Source: an uncultured Acidobacteriota bacterium
GTDB lineage: Bacteria; Acidobacteriota; UBA6911
NCBI GenBank assembly: GCA_963843575.1
Contig: CAWJKZ010000021.1
Span: 32,001-96,000, forward strand
Length of the DNA: 64,000 bases
Direction: 5' to 3'
The position numbers and the translations under genes are program-made. This document shows positions 32,758 through 43,063 of the stretch, piece after piece. Position 1 is the stretch's first letter. Each line of letters begins with the position of its first letter. The notes beneath the pieces were generated by a model that saw nothing but the letters and a program-made list of their open reading frames with translations, ran no database searches and was not told the origin of the DNA.

Positions 32758-32852
32758 ACGAAGTTGTAGCGCGAGCCTTGGATGAGGGCTAACGTGGCGT
32801 CCGAACAGGGCTCAATTGGTCAGCAGAGAGGAGCTGAGGGAGGGGTACCGTC

Positions 32853-32881
32853 AAGGTAGATCCGGACCGGCCGGGTGTCAA
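32853..32881 (-). promoter_or_regulatory. Sigma-70-type promoter upstream of the ECF sigma gene
   Basis: Minus strand reads TTGACA-N17-TACCTT. Confidence 0.55.
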
Positions 32882-33032
32882 GAGCAATGTGGCTGCCTGC
32901 CAGATCGGGGGGATCCGTTTACCTTCTACGGAGGGAGCCACACGGTGGACGGAGTCGCCGGAGAGGGAACGGAGGACGTGAGCAGCCTGCTGCACAAGCA
33001 GGGCCGCGGCGGGCCGCCGCGGCCCACTCCGG

Positions 33033-34662
33033 TTAGGCGTGCGTTTCATCCAACAGGCGGATGAGGGTCTGGTAGCGCGGGTTGCTGCGCACGGGGTCGA
33101 GGTTGCTGTCGTGCTCGAGCCAGCCCTTCTCGGTCAGGCCGCTGCGCACAGCCTTTTCGAGTGTCTCGATGGCCTCGCCGGTGGATCCCGCGAGCGCCTG
33201 GATGCAGGCCACGTTGTAGAGGACCATGGGCTCGTCGGGCTCCAGCGCGAGAGCCTGCCTGGCCCACTCGAGCCCCTTGTCGCATTCGCCGAGCGCGACA
33301 AGGCCGTTGGCCCCCATGTAGACGCGCGCGGACGTCGTCGGGATTCAGCCTGAGCCGGGCCTCGGCGAGCTCGACGCCGCGGCGGCGGGTGGCTTCGGCC
33401 TCCGCCGTGCGCCCAAGGTCGGCCAGGATCTGCGCCGACAGCAGGGGCGCCTGGTGGTCCTGGGGGCGGACCTCGCTCGCCTTGCGGTACAGGTCGATCG
33501 CCTTCTCCGGTTTCCCTTGTGCAAAGCTGAACCGGGCGTAGAAGTAGTAGGCTTCGAACAGGAGCGGGTCGAGCCGGATGGCGGTCTCGAAGAAACGCTC
33601 CGGCTCCTCGCGCAGCCCGTGCAGCGACAGGGCGAGCGCGCGCGACGCGTTGGCTTCCGCCGAGTCCGGGTCGCACTCGACGGCGCGCGCGCTGGCCTGC
33701 GCCGCCCGCTCGCGGTGCTCGTCGTGGCTCCCCGCGTACATGTAGAGGAACGAGCAGCAGTCCGCGATGCCGGCGTAGGCGCGGGCATACCCGGGGTCGA
33801 GCTCGATCGCCTGGGAGAACATGTGCAGCGCGAACTCCATCCCCCGGCTCGTGTATCTGTAGTAATACTGCCGGCCGCGCAGGTAGTAGTCGTAGGCCTC
33901 GACGTGGCTCGTCGGGATCCGCGCAATCGCGTCGCTCTCCTTCGGGCTGAGCGTCACCTTGAGCACGGCCGCGATGCTGAGCGAGATCTCGTTCTGGATC
34001 GCGAAAATGTCCTTGAGCTCGCGCGTGTAACGCTCCGACCAGAGGTGGCAGCCGTCCTCGACGCTGATCAGCTCGGCCGTGATGCGCAGCTGGCCGCCCG
34101 CCTTGCGCACGCTGCCGTCCAGGACCGCCGAGACCCCCAGCTTGCGGCCGACGGCGCGCACGTCCTCGGACTTCCCCTTGAAGGCGAACGAGGAGGTGCG
34201 GGCGGCCACCCGCAGGCCGCGGACGTGCGCCAGGTCGTTGATGATCTCCTCGGCGATGCCGTCGCAGAAGTACTCCTGGTCCTTCTCCACGCTCATGTCC
34301 GCGAAGGCCAGCACCGCCACGGACGGCCTGGCGCGGGGGCCGGGGTCGCGCTCCGCGACGGGCGCAATCAGCCGGTAGCCCTTGCGCGAGATCGTCTGGA
34401 TGAAACGCGGGTTCCGGGCGTCGTCGCCGAACGCCTTCCGGAGCTCCGCGATGGAATACGTCAGGATCCCGTCGCTGACGAACGTGTCGGGCCACACCGC
34501 GCGCAGGATCGTCTCCTTCGAGAGGACCTCGCCGGGAGAATCGGCCAGGCACTCAAGCACCTGGATGACCTTGGGCTCGACCGGGACCGCCACCCCCGCC
34601 CTGGAGATCCGGTTCAGGTCCGGCTCCACGCGCCACTCTCCGACCTGGAATGGTCTGCTCAT
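33033..34662 (-). CDS. Winged-helix (Trans_reg_C)/TolB-like/TPR regulator, frameshift near 33325
   Basis: VEPKVIQVL...VWPDTFVS...IQTISRKGYRL; SVAVLAFADMS...EYFCDG; TPRs; C-terminal YNVAC...WLEHDSNLDPVR in the second frame. Confidence 0.8.
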
Positions 34663-34820
34663 CGCTCCTCCTTCCGGATGCCGTGAACGACAATCCTGCC
34701 GCAGGCAAGCCGTATTGTGCGCCTCACAAATTCCTCGGGGAAACCTGCCCGCCGCCTCGCGGCGCCGTGCCGTCTAATAGAGCGAACGGCAACGATGTTC
34801 CCAGGAACCAGGAGGATGAT

Positions 34821-35249
34821 ATGAAACGGACTCTGATCGCAGCGCTGCTTCTGACCGGCCTCATTCTGGCCCCCGCGGCCGCCGCACCGGCCGCCTCCGC
34901 TGGCGGGATGCGCGTCGACGTCCCGTTCGCCTTTTACGCCGGCGGCTCGAAACTCCCCGCCGGGGAATACCTCATCGAGATGCGCTCGCTCGCCGGCCGC
35001 ACCACCGCCTCAACCATTGTTATACGTCAGCGGGACGGTTTGGGTTCGCGCATCCTGTTCGCGCTGCCCGGCGACCACGACGGGGCTGGCTCCCCCGATG
35101 GGCTCGTATTCCACCGGTATGCGGATTCCTATTTCCTGTCCGAAGTCCGTCACACCGGCCTGCAGTCGAGCCTGGCCGCGTCGAGCCTCGAAAAGGAAAT
35201 GGCCGTGGCGCAGGTGAATCGGCCAGTGTCGATCGCGGCGGTCCGGTGA
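34821..35249 (+). CDS. Secreted hypothetical protein (Acidobacteria-type VPFxF...LPAGxY family)
   Basis: AGGAGG RBS; signal peptide; VDVPFAFYAGGSKLPAGEY; LVFHRYADSYFL. Confidence 0.7.
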   Translation: MKRTLIAALLLTGLILAPAAAAPAASAGGMRVDVPFAFYAGGSKLPAGEYLIEMRSLAGRTTASTIVIRQRDGLGSRILFALPGDHDGAGSPDGLVFHRYADSYFLSEVRHTGLQSSLAASSLEKEMAVAQVNRPVSIAAVR

Positions 35250-35457
35250 ACCGGCCGCACCTCCTTCCCGGGAGCGCCTGAGGCAATCCTAGCAGAATCC
35301 TCGGCCAACCCTCGTGTTCGCGCGGGCGGCCGGCGGCGTCATAGGGATTGTACCGTCGTGGGCATTCTGTCCGCCGCCGCCCCGCAGCTCCGCGTCGCCG
35401 GGGGCGAGGGGCGCGGCCCCGATCCCGGGAGGACAACCGACAATCCGGAGACACGAG

Positions 35458-38400
35458 ATGAACTCAATGACGAAAGTAGGGACCGCGCTGGGGCTGATGA
35501 TGGTGCTGGTTGCCGCCGCCCCACTGGTCGCCCAGCGCCTGGACGGAACCATCGCCGGCACGGTCAAAGACCCGTCCGGCGCCGTGGTGCCGGGCGCTGC
35601 CGTGACCGTCACGAGCGACCAGACCGGGGCCACCCGCACAGTGGTGACTTCGGACGTAGGCAGCTATTCCGTCTCCAACCTGCTGGTGGGAACGTACACC
35701 GTCAGGATCGAGGCGGCGGGCTTCGCCGACTACAAGAGGACGTCGGTGCAGGTCCAGGCGGCGCAGGTGGTGGAGGTCAGCGCGGCCCTGGCGATGGCGC
35801 ACGCGTCGCAGACCATCCAGGTGCAGGCGGGCGCAGACCTCGTCCAGGCGCAGACGTCGCAGCTGACCAAGTCGTTCGACGACAAGATGGTGGCCGAGTT
35901 GCCGACGGTGAGCGGCCAGAACACGTCGGTGCTGAACCTCGCCATCTACCTTCCCAACACCACCACGGCGCTCGGCGGCACCTCCGGTTCCGGAGGGTCC
36001 GTCGGGGGGCTGCGCGGACGGCAGAACAGCTTCAGCGTCGACGGCGTGAACAACAACGACCCGTCGGTCACGACCGTCTCGCAGCAGGTGATCCCCGACG
36101 CCGTCCAGGAGTTCAGCCTGAGCACCAACCAATTCAGCGCGGAGTTCGGCACCGCCGCCGGCGGGCAGTTCAACGTCGTCACCAAGCGCGGCTCCAACGA
36201 GCTGCACGGCGGGGCCTGGCTCTACAACGTCAACCGTCACTACATGGCCAAGAGCAACCTGGCCGACCCCGCCGATCCGAGCCCGAGGTTCGACTTCAAC
36301 CGGGCCGGTGGGAGCCTCGGCGGCCCGCTCGTGCACAACCGCTGGTTCGTCTTCGGGGCCTTCGAGTATCAGACGCAGGGGCGGCAGGGGCTGGGCTCCA
36401 CGGCGACGCTGCCCACGCAGGCCGGCCTGCAGGCCATGAACAGCCTCGCGGCCAACGACGCCGTGCGCGGCATCCTCGCACAGTTCCCGACGGCGCCCTC
36501 CCAATCGGGAACCCTCGCGGCCGTCGTCGGCAGCACGACGGCCCAGATACCGATCGGGGAGGTCTCGCTCAGCGCCCCGGACTACGTCACCCAGTACGAC
36601 TACATCGTCAACACCGACCTCAACGCCGGCAGCCACTCGCTGCGCGGAGGGTACATCAACACCCGCCGCCGGCTGCCCCAGGCGCCGCCCGTTCCGCAGC
36701 TGCAGTTCTTCGGCTCGGTGGAGAACGACTACCAGAAGGTGACGCTCAGCGAGATCTGGGTCGCCAGCAGCACCGTGGTCAACGAGTTCCGCTCCTCCTA
36801 CTCCCGCTTCGTCAACGCCTCGCGCCTCGAGGGGACGGCGGCGGCCTTCCCGAACGTGGAGATCACCGGCGGCCTCGGTGTCCAGATCGGGGCCCCCAGC
36901 TACCTTCCCCAGGGCCGCACGATGAACCAGTACCAGGTCCAGGAGCAGGTCAGCAAGATGGCAGGCCGGCACTCCGTCAAGGCGGGAGCGGAGTACCGCT
37001 GGTATACCGGGACCAGCGATTTCCTGCAGAACTCCCGGGGCATTTATTATTACTCGAACCTCTCGAACCTGCTGATGGACCAGGTCCCCGCCAACGACCA
37101 GCTCCAGGGGATCGGGTCCGGGGCGGTGCCGCTCAACGCCGGCAACATCTCGCTGTTCGTCCAGGACGATTTCAAGGCGACGCCGCGCCTGACCGTCAAT
37201 GCCGGCCTCCGCTACGAGTTCTTCGGCAACCCGGCGGGCGCGCGCAACCAGGAGCGCAACGCCGTGGCCGACCTCCCCGGCTCCCCGCTCGTTTTCCACA
37301 CGCCCGCAACGGACCGGAACAACCTCGCGCCGCGCGCCGGTTTCGCCTGGGACATCTTCGGCACCGGCAAGTGGGCGCTGCGGGGTGGCGCCGGGATTGC
37401 CTACGACGTGGCCCCCTTCAACTTCCACATGAACGGCCAGCCGCCGCAGCAGCAGACCATCCTGAGGGCCTCGTCCGCCTGCGCCGGTCGATTCTCGGCG
37501 GCCCCGTCCTGGTGCGCCAGCTTTCTCGCCGACGGCGTGGGCGCGAATTTCCTCGCCGGCGGCGCCATGAAGCTCGCCTACCGTCCCCCGGCCGACCAGG
37601 CCACCGCACGGTCGATGACCAACCAGCTGATGGTCGACGCCCGCAACCCCAAGGTGTTCAGCTGGTCGCTCGGGCTGCAGCACGAACTCTTCAAGGACGC
37701 CACCCTCGAAGTCCTCTACCTGGGGACCCGCGGCCTGTTCCTGCCCGTGCAGATCCAGCTGAACTCGCAGACGGCGTTCGAGCGGGGCGCCCAGCCGCTT
37801 CCGACCTACTTCTCGACCTCGGAAATCCCTGCGACCGTTGCGGCGGGCTCCCCGACGCTGGCCCAGTTCCTGGCCGCGCGCGGGCGCCCATACGCTGCGC
37901 AGGGTTTTCCGAACGCGATCACGTCCATGCAGCCGGTCGGGGTGAGCGAATACCACGGCGGGGCCGTGGACCTGAACCGGCGGTTCGCCAGGGGACTGCT
38001 ATTCCGGGTCAACTACACGTGGGCGAAGGCGATGGACAACGGCACGAACGATTTGTTCACCTCCGTCGTCAACCCCCGGCGGCCCCAGAACCCGAACAAC
38101 CTGCGGGACGAGTGGTCGCGGTCCACTCTGGACATCCGGCACAAGGCGGCGCTGATGTGGACCTATGACCTGCCGCGACCGGAAACCGGCTCCCGCCTCG
38201 CCAGCGCCCTGCTGGGCGGCTGGCAGTGGAACGGCACCTACCTCTTCCAGTCCGGCCAGCCGATGACGATCCAGTCCGGCATCGATTCCAACGGCAACAG
38301 CGACAGCGCCGGCGACCGCGTCATCCTCAACCCCACCGGTTCCGGCCGGACGGGCACCGCCGTCCGGTTCGTCTGCCGCAACGCCGACGGCAGCAGCCGG

Positions 38401-38796
38401 GTCGCCGCGTCGGCCTCCGCCTGCGGCGGCAACGCCGCCGTCGTGGGCTACGTCGCGGCCAACCCGGGTGCGCGCTACGTCCAGGCCGGCCAGGGGGCCG
38501 TCGCCAACGTCGGCCGCAACACCGTCGACGCGGACCACTTCAACCTGTGGAACATGTCGCTGTTCCGCAAGGTCGGGCTCGGCGAGGGGCGCAGTCTCCA
38601 GTTCCGCTTCGAGGTCTTCAACGCCTTCAACGTGGGACAGTACTCGCTCGGCAATGCGGACGTCGCGCCCGTGCAGGTCAGCACCAACGCGACAAGCCCG
38701 TCCTACGCCAACGTCACCGCCGCGAATTTCCTCAACTCAAGGCAGTTCGACAGGCAGGGCCGTTCCTTGCAGCTCGGGCTCAGGCTCTCCTTCTAA
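35458..38796 (+). CDS. Oar-like TonB-dependent receptor
   Basis: GTVKDPSGAVVPGA; DGVNNND; DAVQEF; FSAEFG; VQDDFK; GLRYE; APRAGFAW; C-terminal RSLQLGLRLSF. Confidence 0.9.
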   Translation: MNSMTKVGTALGLMMVLVAAAPLVAQRLDGTIAGTVKDPSGAVVPGAAVTVTSDQTGATRTVVTSDVGSYSVSNLLVGTYTVRIEAAGFADYKRTSVQVQAAQVVEVSAALAMAHASQTIQVQAGADLVQAQTSQLTKSFDDKMVAELPTVSGQNTSVLNLAIYLPNTTTALGGTSGSGGSVGGLRGRQNSFSVDGVNNNDPSVTTVSQQVIPDAVQEFSLSTNQFSAEFGTAAGGQFNVVTKRGSNELHGGAWLYNVNRHYMAKSNLADPADPSPRFDFNRAGGSLGGPLVHNRWFVFGAFEYQTQGRQGLGSTATLPTQAGLQAMNSLAANDAVRGILAQFPTAPSQSGTLAAVVGSTTAQIPIGEVSLSAPDYVTQYDYIVNTDLNAGSHSLRGGYINTRRRLPQAPPVPQLQFFGSVENDYQKVTLSEIWVASSTVVNEFRSSYSRFVNASRLEGTAAAFPNVEITGGLGVQIGAPSYLPQGRTMNQYQVQEQVSKMAGRHSVKAGAEYRWYTGTSDFLQNSRGIYYYSNLSNLLMDQVPANDQLQGIGSGAVPLNAGNISLFVQDDFKATPRLTVNAGLRYEFFGNPAGARNQERNAVADLPGSPLVFHTPATDRNNLAPRAGFAWDIFGTGKWALRGGAGIAYDVAPFNFHMNGQPPQQQTILRASSACAGRFSAAPSWCASFLADGVGANFLAGGAMKLAYRPPADQATARSMTNQLMVDARNPKVFSWSLGLQHELFKDATLEVLYLGTRGLFLPVQIQLNSQTAFERGAQPLPTYFSTSEIPATVAAGSPTLAQFLAARGRPYAAQGFPNAITSMQPVGVSEYHGGAVDLNRRFARGLLFRVNYTWAKAMDNGTNDLFTSVVNPRRPQNPNNLRDEWSRSTLDIRHKAALMWTYDLPRPETGSRLASALLGGWQWNGTYLFQSGQPMTIQSGIDSNGNSDSAGDRVILNPTGSGRTGTAVRFVCRNADGSSRVAASASACGGNAAVVGYVAANPGARYVQAGQGAVANVGRNTVDADHFNLWNMSLFRKVGLGEGRSLQFRFEVFNAFNVGQYSLGNADVAPVQVSTNATSPSYANVTAANFLNSRQFDRQGRSLQLGLRLSF

Positions 38797-38807
38797 CCCT
38801 CCAGACT

Positions 38808-38848
38808 GCTTCGGGCGCCGGCCCTTTTCCGCCACCGGCGCCCGAAGC
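38808..38848. terminator. Strong hairpin after the receptor gene, between convergent genes
   Basis: GCTTCGGGCGCCGG-N13-CCGGCGCCCGAAGC, perfect 14-bp stem; no clear U-tract. Confidence 0.5.
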
Positions 38849-38955
38849 CCCTCCTCACCTTCTTCGAGGTCCTTCGAGAACCTGGAGTCTTCGAGGTGAG
38901 GCGTGAAACCCGCCTCGAAGACTCGAATGCCTCCAGGAATCTCGAAGGTGTGCCC

Positions 38956-39852
38956 TTATTTCCCCAACATCAATCCCGCACCAACCAGGACCGGTGTGAG
39001 CAGGTTGAGGACCACGTTCATGCCCATGAAGGGTATCAGGCGAGGGATGTCGGCGTTGAACTTCAGCGCCCCGCGCGCGGCCGCGGCGGCCAGCGGGAGG
39101 GTCGCCAGCCCCAGCAACGCGGGCGCGGGCAGGTAACCCGCCAGGACGCCCGCGGCGATCGAGACGTAGCACCCGGCCAGGAACAGCGCGTAGACGACCG
39201 CCCCGGTCTTCCTGCCGTAAACGATGATCAGGTGTTCCCGCCCGGAGACCCGGTCGGCCTCGACGTCGGGGAACTGGTTGAGCAGCAGCAGGTCGATCAC
39301 CAGGAAGAAAGGGACCAGCGAGGCGAAAACCCCGGTGAGAGAATACGACCCGGTCAACGCGAATTCCGTACCGGTGACCATGCAGGTGCCGAATCCGAGG
39401 CCCGGAGCCACGAGGCAGAACAGGGGAGTGCGGGTGAGCAGCGGCGTGTAGGCGACAACGACGGCAAGCCCGGCCAGGCCAGGCAGGAGCATCAGGGGCC
39501 CGCGCAGGACCAGGAAGTAGATCCCGATGGCGGCCACCGCCGCGGCCGATCCGATGCCGGCCGAGAGCGCCCACCACGCGAGGTCCGGCCGTGCCTGCAG
39601 GGTTCCCGACCCCCCGCTGAAGGGGGTGCGGTTCGTCCGCGCGTCCAGCCCGTTACGGAAATCGTGGTACTCGTTGAGCGAGTTCACCCCGATGTGGGCA
39701 AGGACGGCCCCGGCCAGGACGAACGCCGCCTGCAGGGTGTCGACCGCGCCCGTCTTCCAGTAGGCGACGCCCGCCCCCATAAACACGCAGCTGGGATTCA
39801 GCAGCAGGAACGGAACCCGCAGGGGCCCCGCCAGCGACTTGATCGAGGTCAT
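38956..39852 (-). CDS. UbiA/MenA-family prenyltransferase
   Basis: NSLNEYHDFRNGLD, TPFSGGSG, LLNQFPDVEADRVSGR. Confidence 0.85.
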   Translation of the reverse strand: MTSIKSLAGPLRVPFLLLNPSCVFMGAGVAYWKTGAVDTLQAAFVLAGAVLAHIGVNSLNEYHDFRNGLDARTNRTPFSGGSGTLQARPDLAWWALSAGIGSAAAVAAIGIYFLVLRGPLMLLPGLAGLAVVVAYTPLLTRTPLFCLVAPGLGFGTCMVTGTEFALTGSYSLTGVFASLVPFFLVIDLLLLNQFPDVEADRVSGREHLIIVYGRKTGAVVYALFLAGCYVSIAAGVLAGYLPAPALLGLATLPLAAAAARGALKFNADIPRLIPFMGMNVVLNLLTPVLVGAGLMLGK

Positions 39853-39900
39853 AGGGAAGCGATCATCGCACTTCGCAGGAACCGATGCAAAGGAAAGCCC

Positions 39901-39930
39901 TGGAGTGCGGCGCCTCGGCGCCACCCTCCA
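39901..39930. repeat. REP-like palindrome
   Basis: TGGAGTGCGGCGCCTCGGCGCC, identical to 7122-7143. Confidence 0.65.
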
Positions 39931-40016
39931 GGATCAACCGCACCGCAACCTCCATATCCCTAACCCCACTTGAAGGCTTTGGCCGGCGGCGCTTCCCGTG
40001 ATACGTTTCTCCTCTC

Positions 40017-42230
40017 ATGATTGATCCCTCACCCAGACTATTGCGGCGCATTTTCGCCTTCGCCTCGGCCTTGGCGCTCTTATCGAGTGTTTTGCGGGCC
40101 GCGGACGTCGCGGAGGTGGCCGCGCGCCGCACAGGCGAGAAGATCAACGTAGACGGGGTCCTGGACGAACCCGTCTGGCGGGAGAGTCCGGGCATCGGCG
40201 AGCTCGTCCAGGTCGATCCTCTTCCCGGGACGCCGGCGACCGATGGGACGCAGGTCTGGGTGGCCTACAGCCGGGACGCCCTGTATGTCGCCGTGCGGTG
40301 CCACGACCGGGACGCGGGCCGTATCGTGGCCACCGATATGGGCCGAGACGCCCGGCTGGAGGAGAAGGACAGGATCGAGATCGTGCTCGACACGCACCAC
40401 GACCACCGCAACGCCTACTACTTCGCCACGAACCCGGTGGGCGCGCTGGTCGACGGGCGCGTGAGCGAGAACCAGGAGCCCGCGCTGGAGTGGGACGGCG
40501 TGTGGCTGGTCCGTACCCTCGTCGACGCCGCCGGCTGGTCGGCGGAGTTCGAGATCCCCTTCAAGACCGTCGGGTTCAGCCGCGGGCTGCGAGAGTGGGG
40601 CTTCAACGTCTCGCGCTTTGTCGGCCGTAACCGGGAGACGTCCCGCTGGGCCTCGCCGTCGCTCGACGTGAAGCTGAACCACCTGTCCCGGGCCGGCCAG
40701 ATCTCCGGCCTTGAGGGGCTGTCCCAGGGTGTCGGCCTCGACGTGAAACCCTACGGCATCGCGGGTTTCACCCGCGACGTCTCCCGCGTGGACATGGTCG
40801 AGGGGACGGCCAAGGCGGGCGCCGACCTCTTCTACCGGATCACTTCCAATCTGGTTTCCAGCACCACCTTCAACACCGATTTCGCGGAGACGGAGGTCGA
40901 CACCCGCCAGGTGAACCTCACCCGCTTCCCGCTTTTCTTCCCGGAGAAGCGCGCCTTTTTCCTGGAGGACGCAGGCACGTTCGAGTTTGGCCTCCGGGGG
41001 GAGAACCACGGCGGCGTGCAGCAGGCGGGCGACCTGCTGCCGTTCTTCTCGCGCCGTGTCGGGCTCGTGGCCGGCGACGAGGTGCCGCTGCGCGCGGGGG
41101 AGAAGCTCACCGGCAAGGTCGGGCGCTTCGACGTGGGGCTACTGGACGTGCAGACCGGCAGCCTCGAGCGGGACGAAGCCGTGGTCGCCCCCGGCCGCAA
41201 CCTCGCGGTCGGCCGCGTGAAGGCGAATTTCCTGAGCCAGTCCTATGTCGGGGCGCTGTTCACCAACGGCGACCCGACCGGGGCGGGCAGCAACCGGGTC
41301 GGGGGACTCGACCTGAAGCTGGCGACCTCCAATTTCCTCAAAAGCGAAAAGAACCTGAGCCTGATCCTCTTCGGCTCGAAGAGCCGAACCGGCGGCGTCG
41401 CGGGGCGCGACGCCGCGTACGGCGGCGAAATCGGCTTCCCCAACGATTTCGTGGATGCCCGGTACAAGCTGCTGAAGATCGGCGAGAACTACAACCCGGC
41501 GCTCGGTTTCGTCCCGCGCCGCGGCGTCCGGATCTCTTCCCTGAGCATGGACGTGCGCCCGCGCCCAAGATTCTGGAACATCCGCCAGATGTCGTTCGAG
41601 CTCGAGTACAACGACTACTACAACCTGCAGGAGCACTCCACGGAGACGCGGGAGCTGAAGCTGACCCCCGTCCAGTGGAGGTTCAACACCGGGGAAATGA
41701 TCAACTACGAGTACTCGCGCAACATCGAGCGGCTCTACGAACCCTGGGAAATCCAGGACGGCGTGGTATTGCCCGCAGGCGAGTACTCCTTCGATGCGCA
41801 CGTGCTGGAGTTCAACACGTCCGAGGCACGGGCACTCTTCGCGGGCCTGCAGTTCGGCACGGGATCGTTCTTCGGCGGGGCGCGCCGGCAGGCCAAGCTC
41901 GAGGCGGCCTGGAGAAAGAACCGCCACCTGACCACCGCCCTGACGCTCGAACAGAACTGGCTGCGGCTCGAGCAGGGCGACTTCGACACGCGCCTGATGA
42001 TGGGCCGTCTGGACTACTCGTTCACACCCTTGGTCACGCTGGCGAACTTCGTGCAGTACGACACCGAAAGCCGCAACATCGGGCTGCAGAGCCGGCTGAG
42101 ATGGATCCTGACCCCAGGGAGGGAATTCTTCGTCGTGCTCAACCACGCCTGGCAGGAAAACGAACTCGACCGCTTCGAATCGGCGCAGACGCGCTTCAGG
42201 GTCAAGTTCAACTACACGTTCCGATTCTAA
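40017..42230 (+). CDS. CBM9-like plus DUF5916 outer-membrane protein
   Basis: VDGVLDEPVW, WSAEFEIPF, NTDFAETEVD...NLTRFPLFFPEKRAFFLE, FFSRRVG, C-terminal KFNYTFRF. Confidence 0.82.
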   Translation: MIDPSPRLLRRIFAFASALALLSSVLRAADVAEVAARRTGEKINVDGVLDEPVWRESPGIGELVQVDPLPGTPATDGTQVWVAYSRDALYVAVRCHDRDAGRIVATDMGRDARLEEKDRIEIVLDTHHDHRNAYYFATNPVGALVDGRVSENQEPALEWDGVWLVRTLVDAAGWSAEFEIPFKTVGFSRGLREWGFNVSRFVGRNRETSRWASPSLDVKLNHLSRAGQISGLEGLSQGVGLDVKPYGIAGFTRDVSRVDMVEGTAKAGADLFYRITSNLVSSTTFNTDFAETEVDTRQVNLTRFPLFFPEKRAFFLEDAGTFEFGLRGENHGGVQQAGDLLPFFSRRVGLVAGDEVPLRAGEKLTGKVGRFDVGLLDVQTGSLERDEAVVAPGRNLAVGRVKANFLSQSYVGALFTNGDPTGAGSNRVGGLDLKLATSNFLKSEKNLSLILFGSKSRTGGVAGRDAAYGGEIGFPNDFVDARYKLLKIGENYNPALGFVPRRGVRISSLSMDVRPRPRFWNIRQMSFELEYNDYYNLQEHSTETRELKLTPVQWRFNTGEMINYEYSRNIERLYEPWEIQDGVVLPAGEYSFDAHVLEFNTSEARALFAGLQFGTGSFFGGARRQAKLEAAWRKNRHLTTALTLEQNWLRLEQGDFDTRLMMGRLDYSFTPLVTLANFVQYDTESRNIGLQSRLRWILTPGREFFVVLNHAWQENELDRFESAQTRFRVKFNYTFRF

Positions 42231-42296
42231 AACCAGCCTCAAGCGGGTCCGGACTGAAGAGTCTGTCCAACGGTTGGCGCCCGACCCAAACACAAT

Positions 42297-42408
42297 TCAA
42301 GTGGGTCCGGGCTTCAGCCCGGACGTCTTTTGATCTGATCTATGTGGCGACGGGCGCGCGTTATAGCGACCGCAAACAGCGTCCGGGCTGAAGCCCGGAC
42401 CCACTTGA
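42297..42408. repeat. REPIN-like doublet: perfect 29-bp inverted repeat
   Basis: TCAAGTGGGTCCGGGCTTCAGCCCGGACG (42297-42325) and its exact reverse complement (42380-42408); each arm is itself a hairpin. Confidence 0.8.
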
Positions 42409-42431
42409 CCCACTCGAGGATTGTCCAAGCT

Positions 42432-42908
42432 TCAGAACTCAGGAGGGGCCATCTGCTCCTTCATCATTTTCATCATTTCGCGCGGCGTGGGCTCGGCGAT
42501 GTGGCTGCCGATCGACCACGAGTAGCCTTCCGGGTCGATCAGGTTGCCGCAGCGGTCTCCCCAGAACATGTCGGTGACGGGCATCCTCTGGGTGGCGCCC
42601 AGCTTCAGGGCGCGGGCGAAGACCTTGTCGACGTCCTCGACGTACAGGTACAGGGTCGACGGGGAGCCCCCTAACGACTTGGCGCTCCGGTTCCACCCGG
42701 GCATCTCCGGTCCCAGCATCAGGACGGTGTCGCGCACGGTGAGTTCGGCGTGCATCGGCTTGCCGTCCGGCCCCTTCATGAGGCCGCGCTTCTTGAAGCC
42801 GAACGCTTTCTGGTAGAAGTTCATCGCCGCCTTCACGTCCGTCACGGTGAGGGCGACGGTCACGGCGCTGTAGTTTTTTTTGTTGAGCGGATCGATTTTC
42901 TTTGCCAT
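42432..42908 (-). CDS. VOC/glyoxalase (PhnB-like) protein
   Basis: FYQKAFG, MHAEL, LYLYVEDVD, DMFWGDR...DPEGYSW; GGGAGG RBS. Confidence 0.88.
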   Translation of the reverse strand: MAKKIDPLNKKNYSAVTVALTVTDVKAAMNFYQKAFGFKKRGLMKGPDGKPMHAELTVRDTVLMLGPEMPGWNRSAKSLGGSPSTLYLYVEDVDKVFARALKLGATQRMPVTDMFWGDRCGNLIDPEGYSWSIGSHIAEPTPREMMKMMKEQMAPPEF

Positions 42909-43063
42909 GCGAGACCTCCCTCAGAAATGTACAACCTGAGGCCCCCGATGGCAAAGGCGGCAGTCGCCGCGGCCGACGGTGCGCGTTGTCCAGGTACGGA
43001 GGAGCACCGCGTTTTTTGTCGATTTTCCCCACCCAAAAGCCGGATCCGACCGTCTAACACCTT

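Noticed and set aside
32880-33030. 6S RNA or riboswitch in the GTGGCT...AGCCAC hairpin region
   Set aside because: No recognisable consensus; it lies upstream of the predicted sigma-gene promoter and may simply end the regulator transcript
35358-38168. Very long alternative-frame and antisense ORFs (e.g. 35358-38168, 35464-37956, 58497-60911, 24690-26810, 15928-17775)
   Set aside because: They overlap well-supported genes and give Arg/Pro/Gly-rich or motif-free translations, as expected for shadow ORFs in high-GC DNA
42240-42408. CRISPR array
   Set aside because: The repeats are inverted rather than direct with unique spacers, and there are no cas genes in the window
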